The translations under genes and the position numbers were made by a program. A DNA stretch of 64,000 nucleotides from an uncultured Acidimicrobiia bacterium (GTDB taxonomy: Bacteria > Actinomycetota > Acidimicrobiia > Acidimicrobiales > AC-14): the NCBI GenBank assembly GCA_963836205.1, contig CAWIIV010000008.1, positions 160,001 to 224,000 on the forward strand. The letters run 5' to 3'. This document shows positions 28,474 through 39,335 of this stretch, piece after piece (positions within the stretch are counted from its first letter, which is position 1; each line of letters starts with the position of its first letter). A model generated the notes under the pieces. That model saw nothing but the letters and a program-made list of their open reading frames with translations. It was not told where the DNA came from and searched no databases.

Positions 28474-29502
28474 CAGCGAGTCTGCCCCCACCGGAGGATG
28501 ACGCTGGCCCACGACATCCCGGCGCCGAACCCGGACATCAGGACCAGGTCGCCGTCGTGCAGCCGTCCGTCGTCGGCGGCCTCGGCCAACGCGATCGGCA
28601 CCGACGCGGCCGAGGTGTTGCCGTAGCGCTCGATGTTGACGAACACCCGCTCGGCCGGGAACCCCAGCCGCGACGCGGCGGCGTCGATGATGCGGAGGTT
28701 GGCCTGGTGGGGCACGAAGAGGGCGATGTCGGCGGCGGTGAGGCCGGCCGCGGCCAGGGTGATCTCGGCCGACTCGACGATCGCCCGCACCGCCTTGCGG
28801 TAGACCTCCTTGCCGTCCATCCGCAGCCACTGCTCGCCTGCGGCCAGGGTTTCGAGGGTGAGCGGCCGGCGGCTGCCGCCACCGGGGATCGACAGCAGGT
28901 GGGCGGTGGACCCGTCGCAGGCCAGGTCCCAGGCCAGGAGGTTGGGCTCGGAGTCGGGCACCAGCACGACCGCCCCCGCGCCGTCGCCGAAGAGCACGTT
29001 GGTGCTGCGGTCGGCGGGGTCGGCCACCCGGCTGAGGGTCTCGGCGCCGATCGACGAGGACCGGACCGAACCCGCCCGAGGCCACCAGGGAGGCCCCCAC
29101 CACCAGGCCGTAGACGAACCCGGAGCAGGCGGCGTCGATGTCGAACGCACCGCAGCGCAGGCCCAGACCGTCCTGCACGAAGGCGCCGGTGGGCGGGATG
29201 GGCTGCTCGGGGGTGCAGGTGGCGACGATGCAGCAGGCGATGTCGGCCGGGCACAGGTCGGCCGACTTGATGGCCGAGGCGCCGGCCTCGATGGCCAGGG
29301 TGGCCGTGCTCTCACCCTCGCCTGCCCACCGCCGCTCCTTGATGCCGGTGCGCTCGGTGATCCAGGCGTCGCTGGTGTCGACCATCTGGGCCAGATCGTC
29401 GTTGGTGACCCGACGTTCGGGGACCGCCTTCCCCCAGCCGGCGACCGCAACCCGTAGGCCTGCCGGAACCTGTGGGCCGGCCGGGTTGATGCCTGCCGGC
29501 AT
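28473..29502 (-). CDS. fabH: Beta-ketoacyl-ACP synthase III, one +1 frameshift near 29052 (likely assembly error)
   Basis: TSDAWITERTGIKERR and AACSGF in one frame; LFGDGAGA, PHQAN, GNTSAAS, GFGAG in the other. Confidence 0.88.
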
Positions 29503-29780
29503 CAGTGCGCCATGCGGAGCCACGCCACCGGCTGGCCCTCACGCACCCGCTCTCCGGCCGAGGCGAGCAGGCCCATGAGCCGGCCGTGGAAGGGGCTGTG
29601 GACGGGCGTGGAGTGGCCGATGCCGTCGACGAAGCCGATGACCTGCTGACGGGCCACGTCGGCGCCGTCGGAGGTTGCTTCGGGCGCGCTCTCGATCGGG
29701 CGGAACTTGCCGGGGGCGGGAGCCAGGATCACCCGTTCGGGGACCATGAGCACCTCACCGTGGACAGATCCGGCTTCCAT
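29502..29780 (-). CDS. Small biotinyl/lipoyl-domain-like protein lacking the attachment lysine
   Basis: ILAPAPGKF...QVIGFV...VHSPFHGRL...GERVREGQPV barrel-hybrid pattern; no MKM/DK. Confidence 0.7.
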   Translation of the reverse strand: MEAGSVHGEVLMVPERVILAPAPGKFRPIESAPEATSDGADVARQQVIGFVDGIGHSTPVHSPFHGRLMGLLASAGERVREGQPVAWLRMAH

Positions 29781-30715
29781 CACGCGACCTCCAGAGAACG
29801 GGAGAAAGTGGGGACGTCGTCGGGGGCGGCGACGTTGTGGGTGGTGACACCCGAGAGCGTGCGGCGGGCCAGTCCGGACAGGACGGCACCAGGTCCGACT
29901 TCGAGAAAGGTTCGGGCACCGAGGGCGGCGAGAGTCTCCAGAGATTCCCGCCAGCGTACCGGCGCCACCAGATGGCGGCTCAACCGCTCCGGCCAACCGT
30001 CGGCACCGGCGTGGGCGGCGGCGTCGGTGTTGGCCACCACCGGGGCCGAGGGGTTGGTGAACCGGGTGTCGGAGAGGTGGTCGAACAGGTGGGCCGCGGC
30101 CCGCGCCATGAGGGGCGTATGGAAGGCGGCGCCCACCTTCAGGGCCATCACCCGCTTGACGCCCAGGCCCTTGGCGCGGGCGGCGGCGGCTTCGATGCCG
30201 GCAGGGGTGCCGCCGATCACGACCTGGCCGGGGGCGTTGTCGTTGGCGACCCACGAGGTGCGGCCGGCGGTGGTGGCCCCGGCGGAGGCGGACTCGGCCT
30301 GGTCGAGGGAGGCGCCGAGGAGGGCGGCCATGCGACCGGGGCGGGCGTCGGCCGCGGCCTGGGTGCAGTCGGCCCGCTCCGCGGCCAGGCGGACGCCGTC
30401 CTCGAGAGAGAGGGCGCCGGAGGCGATGAGGGCGGTGATCTGGCCCAGGGAGTGGCCGGCGAAGGCGACGGGGGGCTCGTCGAGGGTGTCGCGTACGGCC
30501 TCCCAGGCCATGAGCGACGTGAGAAGCACCGCCAACTGGGCCTCGCGGGTGCGGGCCAACTCGTCGGCGTCGGCGGTGAGGAGGAGATGGGCGAGGGGCT
30601 GGCCGAGGGCGGATTCGGCCCGTTCGACGACGTTCCAGGCCGCCGAGGCGCGCCAGGCCTCACCCATACCGGGGACTTGGGTCCCCTGGCCGGGGAAGAG
30701 CACGGCTAAGGCCAC
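29780..30715 (-). CDS. fabD: Malonyl-CoA:ACP transacylase
   Basis: FPGQG, AGHSLG, AFH, PVRW, EVGPG. Confidence 0.93.
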   Translation of the reverse strand: MALAVLFPGQGTQVPGMGEAWRASAAWNVVERAESALGQPLAHLLLTADADELARTREAQLAVLLTSLMAWEAVRDTLDEPPVAFAGHSLGQITALIASGALSLEDGVRLAAERADCTQAAADARPGRMAALLGASLDQAESASAGATTAGRTSWVANDNAPGQVVIGGTPAGIEAAAARAKGLGVKRVMALKVGAAFHTPLMARAAAHLFDHLSDTRFTNPSAPVVANTDAAAHAGADGWPERLSRHLVAPVRWRESLETLAALGARTFLEVGPGAVLSGLARRTLSGVTTHNVAAPDDVPTFSRSLEVA

Positions 30716-30781
30716 CGGACCTACGACCTCGGGGGGGCCCAGAGGGTTACATCCGGGGGTCCGGCGGGTGACCGGAGGGGG

Positions 30782-31576
30782 TTACCGGGCGTCGAGGCCG
30801 GCGCGGAGCTCGGCGACGAAGTCGGCGGCGCCGTCGGGTCCGCAGCCTTCGAGCAGGCGGCGGACGAGGGCCGAGCCCACGATCACGCCGTCGCCGTCGG
30901 CCGCCGCCTCGGCCGCCTGGGACGGGGTGGACACCCCGATGCCGATGAGGACGGGCTTGTCAGTGACCGCCTTGAGGCGCTTGGCCATGAGGGTGGCGGA
31001 GCTGGCGAGGGCGGAGCGTTCGCCGGTGACGCCCATGATCCCGACGCCGTAGACCCAGCCCCGTGTCCGCTCGCAGATGGCCACCAACCGGTCGTCGGGC
31101 GTGGTGGGGGCGGCCAGCAGGATCGTCTCCACACCGGCCTCCTCGGCCGCGTCGCCCCACCCGTCGAGCTCGTCGAGAGGCAGGTCGGGGACGATGGCCC
31201 CGGCGATCCCCTGGTCGGCCAGTTGGCGGGCGAAGCGGGTATGGCCGGCGCGAAAGACCAGGTTGTAATAGGTCATGACCGCGACCGGCACCCCGCCGGT
31301 GTCGATCCTGCCCAGGGCGGTGACGATGGCGGCGGGGGTGATCCCGGCCGCCAGGGCCCGCTGGGATGCCTCCTGGATGACGGGGCCGTCCATGACCGGG
31401 TCGGAGAAGGGGATGCCCACCTCCACCGCGTCGGCCCCGGCGGCGGCCACCGCCTCCACCACCGCCGGCCAATCCGTCCCGAGCCCGCCCGTCACGTACG
31501 GGACGAGGAGCTTGCGCCCTTCCGCCCGCCGAGCGCGGAGGAAGGTCTCGATGGCCCCGCCGGAGTCGGCCGTCAC
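30782..31576 (-). CDS. trpA: Tryptophan synthase alpha chain
   Basis: [29 protein letters not shown]. Confidence 0.94.
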   Translation of the reverse strand: MTADSGGAIETFLRARRAEGRKLLVPYVTGGLGTDWPAVVEAVAAAGADAVEVGIPFSDPVMDGPVIQEASQRALAAGITPAAIVTALGRIDTGGVPVAVMTYYNLVFRAGHTRFARQLADQGIAGAIVPDLPLDELDGWGDAAEEAGVETILLAAPTTPDDRLVAICERTRGWVYGVGIMGVTGERSALASSATLMAKRLKAVTDKPVLIGIGVSTPSQAAEAAADGDGVIVGSALVRRLLEGCGPDGAADFVAELRAGLDAR

Positions 31577-32781
31577 AGTTGGTCGCCGACCATGTCCATG
31601 ACCTGGGCCACGTCCTTGTCGCCCCGGCCGGAGAGGGTGACGAGGACGGTGGTGCCCGGAGGGAGGTCGCCGGTGCCGGCGGCCCGGATGACCCAGGCCA
31701 GGGCGTGAGCCGGCTCGAGGGCGGGGATGATGCCCTCGGTCTCGGCCAGGAGGCGGAAGGCGTCGAGGACCTCGCCGTCGGCGGCCGACACGTACGTCAC
31801 CCGGCCGACCGAGGAGAGGTGGGCGTGCTCGGGGCCGACGCCCGGGTAGTCGAGGCCGGCGGAGATGGAGTGGGCTTCGAGGACCTGGCCGTGCTCGTCC
31901 TGGAGGAGGAACGACTTGCTCCCGTGGACCACGCCCGGCACGCCCCGGCCGATGGCGGCCCCGCCCTCGGGCTCGACCCCCACCAGGCGGGCGTCCGTGT
32001 CGACGAAGCCGGCGAAGGTGCCGGCGGCGTTGGACCCGCCGCCGACACAGGCCACCACCACGTCGGGCTGGGCCCCGTCGAGTATCGGAGGGCACTGTTC
32101 GGCCGCCTCCCGACCCACGATGCGCTGGAACTCACGCACCATCCACGGGTAGGGATGGGGTCCCATCACCGAACCCAGGCAGTAGTGGGTGGACTCGACG
32201 CTGGCCACCCATTCCCGCAGGGTCTCGTTGATGGCGTCCTTCAGGGTGCGGCTGCCGGAGGAGACGGGGATGACCTCGGCGCCGAGGAGCTTCATACGGA
32301 AGACGTTGAGGGCCTGGCGCTCGACGTCGACCTCGCCCATGTAGACCCGGCACTCGAAGCCGAAGAGGGCGGCGGCGGTGGCGGTGGCCACCCCGTGCTG
32401 GCCGGCGCCCGTCTCCGCGATCATCCGCCGCTTGCCCATGCGCTCGGTGAGCAGGGCCTGGCCGATCACGTTGTTGAGCTTGTGGGAGCCGGTGTGGTTG
32501 AGGTCCTCCCGCTTGAGCAGGACCCGGATGCCGAGCCGCTCCGAGAGGCGGTGGCACTCGGTGACGGGCGTCGGCCGGCCGCCGTAGTCGCGGAGGAGCC
32601 CCTCGTAACGGGCGTGGAAGGCGGGGTCGGCCCACGCCTCGGTGAAGGCGACCTCGAGCTCGGCGCAGGCGGGGACCAGGGACTCCGGCAGGTAGCGGCC
32701 GCCGAAGTCGCCGAACCGGCCGTCGGCGGAGGGCTCCTGCATGAGGCGGGCGGCAGTCGGCTCGGTCAGCAAGGAGCCCAC
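31573..32781 (-). CDS. trpB: Tryptophan synthase beta chain (TrpB1)
   Basis: [48 protein letters not shown]. Confidence 0.95.
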   Translation of the reverse strand: MGSLLTEPTAARLMQEPSADGRFGDFGGRYLPESLVPACAELEVAFTEAWADPAFHARYEGLLRDYGGRPTPVTECHRLSERLGIRVLLKREDLNHTGSHKLNNVIGQALLTERMGKRRMIAETGAGQHGVATATAAALFGFECRVYMGEVDVERQALNVFRMKLLGAEVIPVSSGSRTLKDAINETLREWVASVESTHYCLGSVMGPHPYPWMVREFQRIVGREAAEQCPPILDGAQPDVVVACVGGGSNAAGTFAGFVDTDARLVGVEPEGGAAIGRGVPGVVHGSKSFLLQDEHGQVLEAHSISAGLDYPGVGPEHAHLSSVGRVTYVSAADGEVLDAFRLLAETEGIIPALEPAHALAWVIRAAGTGDLPPGTTVLVTLSGRGDKDVAQVMDMVGDQL

Positions 32782-32843
32782 GCTACCGCCCTCGTTCCGG
32801 CGCCCGGCATGGGATTTGGCGGGGGTCGTTCGTCGCCGGGTGC

Positions 32844-33530
32844 CTACAGGTCGTCCTGGTCGAAGGGGAGCTCGGCCTCGTCGACGAGCTCGTCGGTGTC
32901 GTCGACGGACGGGTCGGTGTCGTTGGCCGCGTGCTCGGCGGCGCGGGCGGCGACGATGAAAGTCCGCAGCTTGCGGGGGTCCTTGCGCCCGGGAGCAGCC
33001 TCCACGCCGGTGGCCACGTCGACGCCCCACGGGTGGACCTGGGCGATGGCCGCGCCCACGTTGGCCGTGGTGAGTCCCCCGGCGAGCATGAGGCGGATGC
33101 CGCTGGGGACCTCGGCCAGGGCCCAGTCGAAGACCTTCCCCGAGCCGGGCTTCGCCGAGTCGATCATGACCACGTCGGCCAGGTAGTCGGCCGCCTGGGC
33201 CACGTTGGGGTCGCCCGCGGGGAAGGCCTTGATGAGGAACCGGACCCGTTCGCGCACGTGGAGGGCCTGCTCCACCGTCTCCCGCCCGTGGAGCTGGGCC
33301 CCGCCCAGGCCGGCCTGGTTGACGACGGCCACCACCCGCTCGGGCGCCTCGTCGCGGAAGACGCCGATGGTGAGGATCTCGCGGGGCAGGCGCTTGACGA
33401 TGTCGGCCACCCTCGTCGGCGACACCATCCGGGGCGACGGGGCGAAGACGAAGCCCACCGCGTCGGCGCCCATGGCGACGGCGAGGAGGGCGTCCTCCTC
33501 CGTCGTCGTCCCGCAGATCTTCACGAACAC
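32844..33530 (-). CDS. trpF: Phosphoribosylanthranilate isomerase
   Basis: [31 protein letters not shown]. Confidence 0.93.
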   Translation of the reverse strand: MFVKICGTTTEEDALLAVAMGADAVGFVFAPSPRMVSPTRVADIVKRLPREILTIGVFRDEAPERVVAVVNQAGLGGAQLHGRETVEQALHVRERVRFLIKAFPAGDPNVAQAADYLADVVMIDSAKPGSGKVFDWALAEVPSGIRLMLAGGLTTANVGAAIAQVHPWGVDVATGVEAAPGRKDPRKLRTFIVAARAAEHAANDTDPSVDDTDELVDEAELPFDQDDL

Positions 33531-33585
33531 CGAGGTCGAACGCTACCGGTCGGACCTCGGAGAAGCGGAGATGGTCCGTCCGGCC

Positions 33586-34872
33586 TCAGCCGTCGAGGCG
33601 GTCGTTGGCGTAGTCGTCGTACGCGCCGAGGTCGAGGAGGCCGTGGCCGGAGTAGGAGAAGAGGATCACCCGCTCGGCGCCCTCCTCCTTGGCCAGGAGG
33701 GCCTCGTCGACCGCAGCCCGGATGGCGTGGGACGTCTCGGGGGCCGGGATCGACCCCTGGGTGCGGGCGAACTGCACGGCCGCCTCGAAGCACTTGCCCT
33801 GCGGGTACGCCACCGCCTCGATGCGTCCCGACTGGACGAGGTTCGACACAAGGGGCGAGTCGCCGTGGTACCGGAGGCCACCGGCGTGGATGGGCGGGGG
33901 CATGAAATCGTGGCCGAGGGTGTACATGGCCAGCAGCGGGGTCATGCCGGCGGTGTCGCCGAAGTCGTAGTCGAAGCGTCCCCCGGTGAGGGTGGGGCAT
34001 GACGACGGCTCCACCGCCACCAGGCGCACGCCCTCGTCGGGGACGAACGGGAAGGCGATCCCGCCAAAGTTCGACCCCCCGCCGCAGGAGCCGATGACCA
34101 CGTCGGGCTTCTCCTCCCCCGCCGCCGCCAGCTGCTCCTTGGCCTCCAGGCCGATGACGGTCTGGTGCAGGAGGACGTGGTTGAGCACCGATCCCAGTGC
34201 GTAGTGGGTGTCGGGACGGCTGGCGGCGTCGGCGACGGCGTCGCTGATGGCGCTGCCCAAGGACCCGGGCGAGTCGGGGTCGGCCACCGGCGACGGCTCC
34301 ACCTGTCCGCCCCACGTCTCGATCATCACCCGCCGGTAGGGCTTCTGCTGGAACGACGAGCGCACCATGTAGACCTTGCACTCCAGGTCGAAGAGGGAGC
34401 AGGCGAGGGACAGGGCGCTCCCCCACTGGCCGGCGCCGGTCTCGGTGGCCAGGCGGGTGGTGCCGTCGGCCTTGTTGTAGAAGGCCTGGGGGATGGCGGT
34501 GTTGGGCTTGTGCGACCCGGCCGGCGACACCGACTCGTCCTTGTAGTAGATCCGGGCCGGCGTGCCGAGGAAGGCCTCCAGGCGGCGGGCCCGCACGAGG
34601 GGCGTCGGCCGCCACATGCGGAGCACGTCGAGCACCTCGCCGGGGATGTCGACCCACGGCTCGGCCGTGACCTCCTGGCCGATGAGGGCCATGGGGAACA
34701 GGGGGGCGAGGTCGTCGGGGCCGATCGGCTGGCGGGTGCCGGGGTGGAGCGGGGGCTGCAGCGGCGCGGTGAGGTGGGGGGCGACGTTGAACCAGGCGGA
34801 CGGGATGCGGTCGGGCGGGAGGAGCCAGCGACACCCATTGGGGTTGCATCGGAAACGGTCATGACGGTTCAC
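33586..34872 (-). CDS. trpB2: TrpB-like PLP enzyme (TrpB2); start uncertain (34872 GTG, or 34862 ATG with a frameshift)
   Basis: [48 protein letters not shown]. Confidence 0.9.
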   Translation of the reverse strand: MNRHDRFRCNPNGCRWLLPPDRIPSAWFNVAPHLTAPLQPPLHPGTRQPIGPDDLAPLFPMALIGQEVTAEPWVDIPGEVLDVLRMWRPTPLVRARRLEAFLGTPARIYYKDESVSPAGSHKPNTAIPQAFYNKADGTTRLATETGAGQWGSALSLACSLFDLECKVYMVRSSFQQKPYRRVMIETWGGQVEPSPVADPDSPGSLGSAISDAVADAASRPDTHYALGSVLNHVLLHQTVIGLEAKEQLAAAGEEKPDVVIGSCGGGSNFGGIAFPFVPDEGVRLVAVEPSSCPTLTGGRFDYDFGDTAGMTPLLAMYTLGHDFMPPPIHAGGLRYHGDSPLVSNLVQSGRIEAVAYPQGKCFEAAVQFARTQGSIPAPETSHAIRAAVDEALLAKEEGAERVILFSYSGHGLLDLGAYDDYANDRLDG

Positions 34873-35657
34873 CTCGCAGGGTTCGGAGGGCGTCGGCGGG
34901 GTCGGCGGCGGTCACCAGCTGCTCCCCCACCAGGATGGCGTCGTAGCCGGCCTCGGCCAGGGCGTCGACCTGGGCCGGCGTGTGGATGCCCGACTCGGCG
35001 ATCTTCATGACTCCGTCGGGGATGAGGGCAGCCAGGCGGGCCGCCCGCGTGGGGTCGACCTCGAAGGTGTGCAGGTCGCGCTGGTTGACCCCGATGATGG
35101 TGGCGCCGGCCTTGAGGGCGACGGCCACCTCGTCCTCGTCGTGGACCTCGACCACCGCGGCCAGTCCCAGTCCGTCGGCCAGGTTCCGCAGGCGGGAGAG
35201 GTCGCCCGGGTTGAGGGCGGCCACGATCAGGAGGACGGCGTCGGCGCCCATGGCCCGGGCGTCGGCCACGTCGCGGCCGTCGACGGTGAAGTCCTTGCGA
35301 AGGATCGGGCAGGTCGGGGGCCGCCTGGCGGGCCGCGGCCAGGTCGTCGGGCGAGCCGCCGAAGAACTCGGCGTCGGTGAGCACTGACAGGGCCGACGCC
35401 CCCGCCGACTGGTAGGCCCGGGCCAGGACGGCGGGGTCGAGGTCGGGGGCGAGGTCGCCCTTCGACGGGGACCGGCGCTTGATCTCGGCGATCACCGCCG
35501 GCCGTCCGGTGCGGGCCGCCGCCACCCGTAGGAGGCCGCGGAAGTCGCGCGGGTCCGGGGCCTCGAAGGCGGCGGTCATGGTGGCGTCGAGCCAACGCTT
35601 GTCGGCCAGGGCCGCCTCCCGGTGGGCGGCGATGATGCGGTCGAGGACGGTGGGCAT
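34859..35657 (-). CDS. trpC: Indole-3-glycerol phosphate synthase, +1 frameshift near 35308 (likely assembly error)
   Basis: [12 protein letters not shown] and SVLTD in one frame; [27 protein letters not shown] in the next. Confidence 0.9.
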
Positions 35658-35722
35658 CCGATCGATCGTACCGACCGCACCATCCCCGTGAGTCCCCGCC
35701 CGGCCTGGGAAGATCGACGTTC

Positions 35723-36313
35723 GTGCACGGGCTCGACGCGCTGGAGGGTGGTCCGTTCTCGACCATCCTCGCCGACCCCCCGTGGCGGTTCTCCCACCGC
35801 ACCGGGAAGGTCTCGCCCGAATACCGCCGCCACGCCCGCTACGGCACCATGCGCACGCCCGCGATATGCGCCCTGCCGGTGGCGAACGCGGCCGCCCCCG
35901 ACGCTCACCTCTACCTGTGGGTACCCAACGCCCTCCTCGCCGACGGCCTGGCGGTGATGGAGGCGTGGGGCTTCACCTACAAGGCCAACCTGGTGTGGCA
36001 CAAGGTCCTGGCCGACGGGCGCAGCGACCGGCGGGGCGTGGGCTTCTACTTCCGCAACGTCACCGAGATGGTGCTCTTCGGGGTGCGGGGCAGCCTGCGC
36101 ACCCTCGCCCCCGGCCGGCGCCAGGTAAACCTCATCGCCACCCGCAAGCGGGAGCACTCCCGCAAGCCGGAGCAGCTCTACGACCTGGTCGAGGCGTGCA
36201 GTCCGGGCCCCTACCTGGAGCTGTTCGCCCGTTACCCCCGCCTGGGCTGGACCGCCTGGGGCGACGAGGTGGGCCAGCTCACAGAACCCTCACATGAGGG
36301 AGCGCGACCATAG
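35723..36313 (+). CDS. MT-A70 family adenine methyltransferase (orphan)
   Basis: ADPPW, HLYLW, WGF, HSRKP, LELFAR, WGDE. Confidence 0.9.
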   Translation: MHGLDALEGGPFSTILADPPWRFSHRTGKVSPEYRRHARYGTMRTPAICALPVANAAAPDAHLYLWVPNALLADGLAVMEAWGFTYKANLVWHKVLADGRSDRRGVGFYFRNVTEMVLFGVRGSLRTLAPGRRQVNLIATRKREHSRKPEQLYDLVEACSPGPYLELFARYPRLGWTAWGDEVGQLTEPSHEGARP

Positions 36314-36316
36314 GGC

Positions 36317-37003
36317 GTGGCTGACGTCGGCACGATCGTGGTGGTGGAGGACGACCAGCACATCGCCGACCTGGTCGAGCTCTACCTGCGCCAGGAGGGA
36401 TTCCGCGTCGTCCAGGCGGCCGACGGCCAGCGGGGGCTCGACGCGGTGCGCGACCAGCGGCCGCGGATGGTGATCCTCGACGTCGGCCTGCCCGCGATCG
36501 ACGGGCTGGAGGTGTGCCGGCGGCTGCGGGCCGACAGCGACGTCCCGATCCTCATGCTCACCGCCCGCGACGGCGAGATCGACCGGGTCCTGGGCCTGGA
36601 GATGGGCGCCGACGATTACGTGGCCAAGCCCTTCTCGCCCCGGGAGCTGGTGGCCCGGGTGCGGGCGATCCTGCGTCGGGCCGACGGGGCCTCGGGGGCG
36701 GGCCGGGGGGACACTCCCGGCGTGCTGCCGGCGGGTGACGTGGAGGTCGACGTCGGCCGCCGGGAGGCGAGGGTGGACGGGGCCGTGGTCGCGCTGGCCA
36801 CCCGCGAGTTCGACCTCCTCCGGTACCTGGCCGAGAACGCGGGGCTGGCCCTGTCCCGGCAGCAGATCCTCGACGCGGTGTGGGGTCCGGACTGGTACGG
36901 CGACGAGCGCACCATCGACGTCCACGTGGGCCAGCTGCGCAAGAAGCTGGGGCCCGGATTGCCCCTGGCGACGGTGTGGGGCGTCGGCTACCGCCTCGGA
37001 TGA
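36317..37003 (+). CDS. OmpR-family response regulator
   Basis: VEDD, LDVGLP, GADDYVAKPF, winged HTH. Confidence 0.93.
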   Translation: MADVGTIVVVEDDQHIADLVELYLRQEGFRVVQAADGQRGLDAVRDQRPRMVILDVGLPAIDGLEVCRRLRADSDVPILMLTARDGEIDRVLGLEMGADDYVAKPFSPRELVARVRAILRRADGASGAGRGDTPGVLPAGDVEVDVGRREARVDGAVVALATREFDLLRYLAENAGLALSRQQILDAVWGPDWYGDERTIDVHVGQLRKKLGPGLPLATVWGVGYRLG

Positions 37004-37011
37004 CCGCGGCC

Positions 37012-37147
37012 CCCCTCCGAACCGGTGACGAAAAAGGGTCCCCACAGGGGCGGAAAGTGTCACCGGTTCGGAGCGGCGGGCGGGTCGCCAGCGAACCGGT
37101 GACGGTTCCGGTCCTGTGAAGGCCTTTTCCGTCACCGGTTCGGAGGG
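37012..37147. repeat. Two REP-like palindromes of the same family between regulator and kinase
   Basis: AACCGGTGACG...GTCACCGGTT at 37020-37068 and 37094-37140. Confidence 0.88.
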
Positions 37148-38500
37148 ATGGGCACGGTGACCCGACGCCTCATCGTCACCATCGTGGCGGTGGTGGCCGC
37201 CGCCCTGGCCGTGGCCAGCATCGGGACGGTGGTGATCCTCCGGATCGAGGCCCGGGCCGCGGCCCGGACGGAGCTGCGGGACCAGGCGGTGCGGCTGGCA
37301 TCGCGGGTGGAGACGGTGCAGGCGCCGGGGGCGCTGCCGGCGGTGGCCCGCGCCCTCCGCCTCGAAGGGGCCTCCATCCTCCGCATCGACCCCGACGGCC
37401 GCCTGCGGGGCGTCCCCCCGGCCGGGGTCACCCTGGCCGACCTCGACCCGGCCCGGCTCGGTGACGGCCGCACCGTCACCGGCGTGGCCCCGGGCGGGAT
37501 CGCCTACGCCGCCGCCCCCGCCGAGCGGGCCGCCTCGACCGTGGTGGTCGTCCTCAGCCGGCAAGTGAGCACCGGGCGTCCCGTCCTCGGGCCGTGGTTC
37601 CTGGTGGCGGTGGTGGCCACCCTCGGCCTGGCCGCGCTCGTGGCCGGCAACCTCGCCCGCCGCCTCACCCGTCCGCTGCGGGAGGCCCAGGAGGCCACCC
37701 GGCGCATCGCCTCCGGCGACCTGGCCGTGCGGGTGACGGAGGACGAGGCCGACGGGGCCGAGCTGGCAGGACTGGCCCGGTCGATCAACGCCATGGCCGA
37801 GAGCCTGGAGCGGTCGCGAGGCATGGAGCGCCAGTTCCTGCTCTCGGTGTCGCACGACCTGCGGACGCCGCTCACGTCGATCCGGGGCTTCGGCGAGGCG
37901 TTGGCCGAGGGACGTGCCCCCGACCCGGCCCACGCGGGGGCGGTGATCACGGCCGAGGCCCGCCGGCTGGAGCGGCTGGTGGGCGACCTGCTCGAGCTGG
38001 CCAAGCTCGACGCCCGCCGCTTCTCCCTCGACATCCGGGCCACCGACGTGGCCGAGGTGGTGTCCGACACGACCGAGGGCTTCCGCCCGGCCGCGGAACG
38101 GGCGGGCGTGGTCCTCGCCGTCGACCTCGGCGCCGGCCCCCGGGGCCCGTTGGCGTCGGCCGATCCCGACCGGCTGGCCCAGGTGGTGGCCAACCTGGTG
38201 GAGAACGCCCTCAAGTTCGCGGCCACCCGCATCTCGGTCTCCGTGGTGGAGGGCGTCCGGATCGCCGTCGACGACGACGGGCTCGGCATCGCCGCCGACG
38301 ACGTGGCCCACGTCTTCGAGCCCTTCTTCCAGTCGAGCCGGGCGCCGGCCCGCCAGGTGGGATCCGGCCTGGGGCTGGCGATCGTCGCCGAGTTGGCGGT
38401 GGCCATGGGGGGGTCGGTGCGGGCCGAGCCCCTGGCCGGCGGGGGCACGAGGGTGCTCGTCGCCCTCCAGCCGTGGCCGATACCCCCGCCGGTGGGTTAG
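37148..38500 (+). CDS. HAMP sensor histidine kinase
   Basis: SHDLRTPL, NLVENALK, DDDGLG, GSGLGL. Confidence 0.93.
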   Translation: MGTVTRRLIVTIVAVVAAALAVASIGTVVILRIEARAAARTELRDQAVRLASRVETVQAPGALPAVARALRLEGASILRIDPDGRLRGVPPAGVTLADLDPARLGDGRTVTGVAPGGIAYAAAPAERAASTVVVVLSRQVSTGRPVLGPWFLVAVVATLGLAALVAGNLARRLTRPLREAQEATRRIASGDLAVRVTEDEADGAELAGLARSINAMAESLERSRGMERQFLLSVSHDLRTPLTSIRGFGEALAEGRAPDPAHAGAVITAEARRLERLVGDLLELAKLDARRFSLDIRATDVAEVVSDTTEGFRPAAERAGVVLAVDLGAGPRGPLASADPDRLAQVVANLVENALKFAATRISVSVVEGVRIAVDDDGLGIAADDVAHVFEPFFQSSRAPARQVGSGLGLAIVAELAVAMGGSVRAEPLAGGGTRVLVALQPWPIPPPVG

Positions 38501-39327
38501 GGCGTGGTGGTGGCGGGGACGGTGGGGGCGGGAGCCACGGGGGCGGGCACGCACGCCGGGAGCACCAGGGCCGACGAGAGGTTGCCGACCAGGATGGAGG
38601 CCGGGAACTGGCCCGGCAGGAGGCACCGGACCTGCCACGCGACCGCACCGGTGCCGTCGGTGACGGGGATGGGCACCGACTCCAGACTGAAGCCCGACGG
38701 CAGGCTGAGCTGGACCCGGATCCCGGGACGAGGGGTGAGCACGACGTTTCCACTGGCGTCGACCGTCCCGCTCCCGAAGCGGACGACCAGCAGCGCCGGG
38801 AATCCCGCCACCGGTGGGTTGGGGTCGATGCTGGCGGTGACGGAGTTGGTGCCCACTTCCATGAGATTGGTGGTGAGCGACTTGGTCTCGTCGGCGGCCA
38901 GGAAGAACACGTCGGCGGCCGTCTGGGCCAGGTCGGGCGGGCGGAAGATGGTGACCCGGTAGGAGCCGCCGAGGATGGCGTCGATCGACCAGGTTCCGGC
39001 CGCGGTGCGGGCCTCGGCCGTCGCCACCGCCGACCCCACGAAGCGCTCGATCCTCACCACCGCCCCGGTCACCGGGCCCGCGGGCCCGTTGACGACGCCG
39101 ACGATGCGGGCCGAGCCCGGTCCCATTGCGGTCGACAGGCTGGTGACCGTGCGGGGACTGCCGCGGGGCACCGTGGTCTCCGGGACCGCCTCGGTGACCG
39201 GCGGGGCGGTGGTGACCTCGATGACGGCCGTGGTCGGTGTCGTGGTCGGCGCCGGCTTGTCGTCGGAGCCTCCCCCGCACGCGCCCGCCACCAGGGCGGC
39301 GGTCACCAGGAGGACGAGTCGGCGCAC
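38497..39327 (-). CDS. Lipoprotein with carboxypeptidase-regulatory-like (beta-sandwich) domain
   Basis: Lipobox AGAC, Thr/Pro linker, IVGVV..PAGPVTGAVV, GSYRV. Confidence 0.7.
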   Translation of the reverse strand: MRRLVLLVTAALVAGACGGGSDDKPAPTTTPTTAVIEVTTAPPVTEAVPETTVPRGSPRTVTSLSTAMGPGSARIVGVVNGPAGPVTGAVVRIERFVGSAVATAEARTAAGTWSIDAILGGSYRVTIFRPPDLAQTAADVFFLAADETKSLTTNLMEVGTNSVTASIDPNPPVAGFPALLVVRFGSGTVDASGNVVLTPRPGIRVQLSLPSGFSLESVPIPVTDGTGAVAWQVRCLLPGQFPASILVGNLSSALVLPACVPAPVAPAPTVPATTTP

Positions 39328-39335
39328 AGGGCGTC

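Noticed and set aside
27730-29523. FabH-FabG fusion (597-aa ORF)
   Set aside because: Artefact of the fabH frameshift; the corrected fabH stops at 28473, overlapping the fabG ATG
23870-30715. Type II PKS secondary-metabolite cluster
   Set aside because: No chain-length factor, cyclase or tailoring genes; the content matches primary FAS-II
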